From positions 22,506,001-22,570,000 of the forward strand of contig OZ024741.1 of the NCBI GenBank assembly GCA_964016885.1: a stretch of 64,000 bases of DNA, in the 5' to 3' direction. This DNA comes from Eledone cirrhosa (taxonomy: Eukaryota). Under the pieces are notes generated by a model. That model saw only the letters and a program-made list of their open reading frames with translations, ran no database searches and was not told the origin of the DNA. How positions within the stretch are numbered: the stretch's first letter is position 1; every line of letters begins with the position of its first letter. Position numbers and translations under genes: made by a program. This document shows, in pieces, positions 60,201 to 64,000 of this stretch.

Positions 60201-63200
60201 GGTGTGCGTGCCTGAGCTGGGAAGTGGGGTGGTGTTGAGGGTTGGTGTGCCTGAGCTGGGCAGTGGGTGGTGTTGAGGGTCAGTATACCTGAGCTGGGTA
60301 GTTGGGTGATGTTGAGGGTCACTATGTCTGAGCTGGGTAGTGGGGTGGTGTTGAGTGTTAGTGTGACTGAGCTGGGTAGTGGGGTGGTGTTGAGGGTTGG
60401 TGTGCTTGAGCTGGGTAGTTGGGTGGTGTTGAGGGTTGGTATACCTGAGCTGGGCAGTGGGGTGGTGTTGAGGGTCAGTATACCTGAGCTGGGTAGTTGG
60501 GTGGTGTTGAGGGTCAGTATGTCTGAGCTGGGTAGTGGGGTGGTGTTGAGTGTTGGTGTGACTGAGCTGGGTAGTGGGGTGGTGTTGAGGGTTGATATAC
60601 CTGAGCTGGGTAGTGGGGTGGTGTTGAGGGTTGATGTGCCTGATCTGGATAGTGGGGTAGTGTTGAGGGTTGGTGTGCCTGAGCTGGCTAGTGGGGTGGT
60701 GTTGAGGGTTGATATACCTGAGCTGGGTAGTGGGGTGGTGTTGAGGGTTGATATACCTGAGCTGGGTAGTGGGGTGGTGTTGAGGGTTGATATACCTGAG
60801 CTGGGCAGTGGGGTGGTGTTGAGGGTTGGTGTGCTTGAGCTGGGAAGTGGGGTGGTGTTGAGGGTTGGTGTGCCTGATCTGGGTAGTGGGGTGGTGTTGA
60901 GGGTTGATATACCTGAGCTGGGTAGTGGGGTGGTGTTGAGGGTTGGTGTGCTTGAGCTGGGCAATGGGGTGGTGTTGAGGGTTGATATACCTGAGCTGGG
61001 CAGTGGGGTGGTGTTGAGGGTTGATATACCTGAGCTGGGTAGTGGGGTGGTGTTGAGGGTTGATATACCTGAGCTGGGTAGTGGGGTGGTGTTGAGGGTT
61101 GATATACCTGAGCTGGGTAGTGGGGTGGTGTTGAGGGTTGATATACCTGAGTTGGGTAGTGGGGTGGTATTGAGGGTTGGTGTGCCTGAGCTGGGAAGTG
61201 GGGTGGTGTTGAGGGTTGGTATGCCTGTGCTGGGTAGTGGGGTGGTGTTGAGGGTTGGTGTGCCTGAGTTGGGTAGTGGGGTGGTGTTGAGGGTTGGTGT
61301 GCCTTAGCTGGGAAGTGGGGTGGTGTTGAGGGTTGGTGTGCCTGAGCTGGGTAGTGGGGTGGTATTGAGGGTTGGTGTGCCTGAGCTGGGAAGTGGGGTG
61401 GTGTTGAGGGTTGGTATGCCTGTGCTGGGTAGTGGGGTGGTGTTGAGGGTTGGTGTGCCTGAGCTGGGAAGTGGGGTGGTGTTGAGGGTTGGTATGCCTG
61501 TGCTGGGTAATGGGGTGGTGTTGAGGGTTGGTGTGCCTGAGCTGGGCAGTGGGGTGGTGTTGAGGGTTGGTGTGCTTGAGCTGGGAAGTGGGGTGGTGTT
61601 GAGGGTTGGTGTGCCTGAGCTGGGAAGTGGGGTGGTGTTGAGGGTTGGTGTGCCTGAGCTGGGTAGTGGGGTGGTATTGTGGGTTGGTGTGCCTGAGCTG
61701 GGTAGTGGGGTGGTGTTGAGGGTTTGTATACCTGAGCTGGGTAGTGGGGTGGTGTTGAGGGTTGGTGTGCCTTAGCTGGGTAGTGGGGTGGTTTTTGAGG
61801 GGTGGTATGCCTGAGCTGGGTAGTGGGGTGGTTTTGAGGGTTGGTGTGCTTGAGCTGGGCAGTGGGGTGGTGTCGAGGGTTGGTATACCTGAGCTGGGTA
61901 GTGGGGTGGTGTTGAGGTTTGCTATACCTGAGCTGGGTAGTGGGGTGGTGTTGAGGGTTGGTGTGCTTGAGCTGGGTAGTGGGGTGGTGTTGAGGGTTGG
62001 TATACCTGAGCTGGGTAGTGGGGTGGTGTTGAGGGTTGGTGTGCCTGAGCTGGGTAGTGGGGTGGTGTTGAGGGTTGGTGTGCTTGAGCTGGGTAGTGGG
62101 GTGGTGTTGAGGGTTGGTATACCTGAGTTGGGTAGTGGGGTGGTGTTGAGGGTTGGTATACCTGAGCTGGGTAGTGGGGTGGTGTTGAGGGTTGGTGTGC
62201 CTGAGCTGGGTAGTTGGGTGGTGTTGAGGGTTGGTATACCTGAGCTGGGTAGTGGGGTGGTGTTGAGGGTTGGTATACCTGAGCTGGGTAGTGGGGTGGT
62301 GTTGAGGGTTGGTATACCTGAGCTGGGTAGTGGGGTGGTGTTGAGGGTTGGTGTGCTTGATCTGGGTAGTGGGGTGATGTTGAGGGTTGAAGTGCCTGAG
62401 CTGGGTAGTGGGGTGGTGTTGAGGGTTGGTGTGCCTGAACTAGGTAGTGGGGTGGTGTTGAGGGTTGTTGTGCCTGAGCTGGGTAGTGGGGTGGTGTTGA
62501 GGGTTGGTGTGCCTGAGCTGGGTAGTGGGGTGGTGTTGAGGGTTGGTGTGCCTGAGCTGGGATGTGGGGTGGTGTTGAGGGTTGGTGTGCCTGAGCTGGG
62601 AAGTGGGGTGTTGTTGAGGGTTGGTGTGCCTGAGCTGGGTAGTGGGGTGGTGTTGAGAGTTGGTGTGCCTGAGCTGGGGAGTGGGGTGGTGTTGAGGGTT
62701 GGTGTGCCTGAGCTGGGTAGTGGGGTGGTGTTGAGGGTTGGTGTGCCTGAGCTGGGAAGTGGGCTGGTGTTGAGGGTTGATGTGCCTGAGCTGGGAAGTG
62801 GGGTGGTGTTGAGGGTTGGTGTGCCTGAGCTGGGTAGTGGGGTGGTGTTGAGGGTTGATATACCTGAGCTCGGTAGTGGGGTGGTGTTGAGGGTTGATGT
62901 GCCTGACCTGGGTAGTGGGGTGGTGTTGAGGGTTGGTGTGCCTGAGCTGGGTAGTGGGGTGGTGTTGAGGGTTGGTGTGCTTGAGCTGGGCAGTGGGGTG
63001 GTGTTGAGGGTTGGTGTGCTTGAGCTGGGAAGTGGGGTGGTGTTGAGGGTTGGTGTGCCTGAGCTGGGTAGTGGGGTGGTGTTGAGGGTTGGTGTGCCTG
63101 AAGTGGGTAGTGGGGTGGTGTTGTGGGTTGGTATACCTGAGCTGGGTAGTGGGGTGGTGTTGAGGGTTGGTGTGCCTGAGCTGGGCAGTGGGGTGGTGTT

Positions 63201-64000
63201 GAGGGTTGATATACCTGAGCTGGGTAGTGGGGTGGTGTTGAGGGTTGGTGTGCCTGAGCTGGGATGTGGGGTGGTGTTGAGGGTTGATATACCTGAGCTG
63301 GGGAGTGGGGTGGTGTTGAGGGTTGGTGTGCTTGAGCCGGGTAGTGGGGTGGTGTTGAGGGATGATATACCTGAGCTGGGGAGTGGGGTGGTGTTGAGGG
63401 TTGGTGTGCTTGAGCTGGGTAGTGGGGTGATGTTGAGGGTTGGTGTGCTTGAGCTGGGAAGTGGGGTGGTGTTGACGGTTGGTGTGCTTGAGCTGGGAAG
63501 TGGGGTGGTGTTGAGGGTTGGTGTGCTTGAGCTGGGTAGTGGTGTGATGTTGAGGGTTGGTGTGCCTGTGCTGGGTAATGGGGTGGTGTTGAGGGTTGGT
63601 GTGCCTGAGCTGGGTAGTGGGGTGGTGTTGAGGGTTGGTGTGCTTGAGCTGGGAAGTGGGGTGGTGTTGAGGGTGTGCGTGCCTGAGCTGGGAAGTGGGG
63701 TGGTGTTGAGGGTTGGTGTGCCTGAGCTGGGCAGTGGGTGGTGTTGAGGGTCAGTATACCTGAGCTGGGTAGTTGGGTGATGTTGAGGGTCACTATGTCT
63801 GAGCTGGGTAGTGGGGTGGTGTTGAGTGTTAGTGTGACTGAGCTGGGTAGTGGGGTGGTGTTGAGGGTTGGTGTGCTTGAGCTGGGTAGTTGGGTGGTGT
63901 TGAGGGTTGGTATACCTGAGCTGGGCAGTGGGGTGGTGTTGAGGGTCAGTATACCTGAGCTGGGTAGTTGGGTGGTGTTGAGGGTCAGTATGTCTGAGCT
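33206..64000. repeat. Satellite array B: G-rich 39-bp monomer GTAGTGGGGTGGTGTTGAGGGTTGGT(ATA/GTG)CCTGAGCTGG, about 790 copies, continues beyond the right edge
   Basis: Uninterrupted 39-bp periodicity from 33206. The 13-residue periodic ORFs on both strands are broken by scattered stops and 1-bp indels. Confidence 0.99.

Noticed and set aside
33214-63793. Long ORFs (up to 1061 aa) of VVLRVGIPELGSG repeats and antisense mucin-like TLNTTPLPSSGIP, STPPHYPAQ or QHHPTTQLR repeats
   Set aside because: A 39-bp unit is a multiple of 3 and happens to lack stops in four of the six frames. 1-bp indels break every frame and stops interrupt the plus frame, and these lesions are copied in the higher-order duplications. 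There is no unique N- or C-terminus, signal peptide or evident synonymous bias.
33206-64000. ATA/GTG dimorphism as a fossil of A-to-I RNA editing
   Set aside because: Transitions are the commonest substitutions anyway, C/T variants occur on the same strand, and nothing indicates an RNA intermediate.

Overview
This is eukaryotic repetitive DNA with no intact protein-coding gene. It has three parts. (1) 1-25703 is a tandem array of about 627 copies of a 41-bp monomer, open at the left edge of the window. (2) About 25701-33205 is a 7.5-kb AT-rich island of decayed transposable elements: short TTAA/CCC-ended piggyBac-type MITEs, tRNA-derived SINEs (one nested in another), a pseudogenised non-LTR reverse-transcriptase fragment resembling the CRE/RLE group and interrupted by TTAGGG-like repeats, a CA microsatellite and a ~97-bp minisatellite. 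(3) 33206-64000 is a G-rich tandem array of about 790 copies of a 39-bp monomer, open at the right edge. Nearly all ORFs in the track are by-products of the repeats. The SINE and MITE motifs look, from memory and unverified, like those of octopus genomes. I see no new protein-coding system. The most interesting structure is that both arrays begin inside a transposon, and the 41-bp monomer appears to be continuous with, and possibly derived from, a piggyBac-type element.
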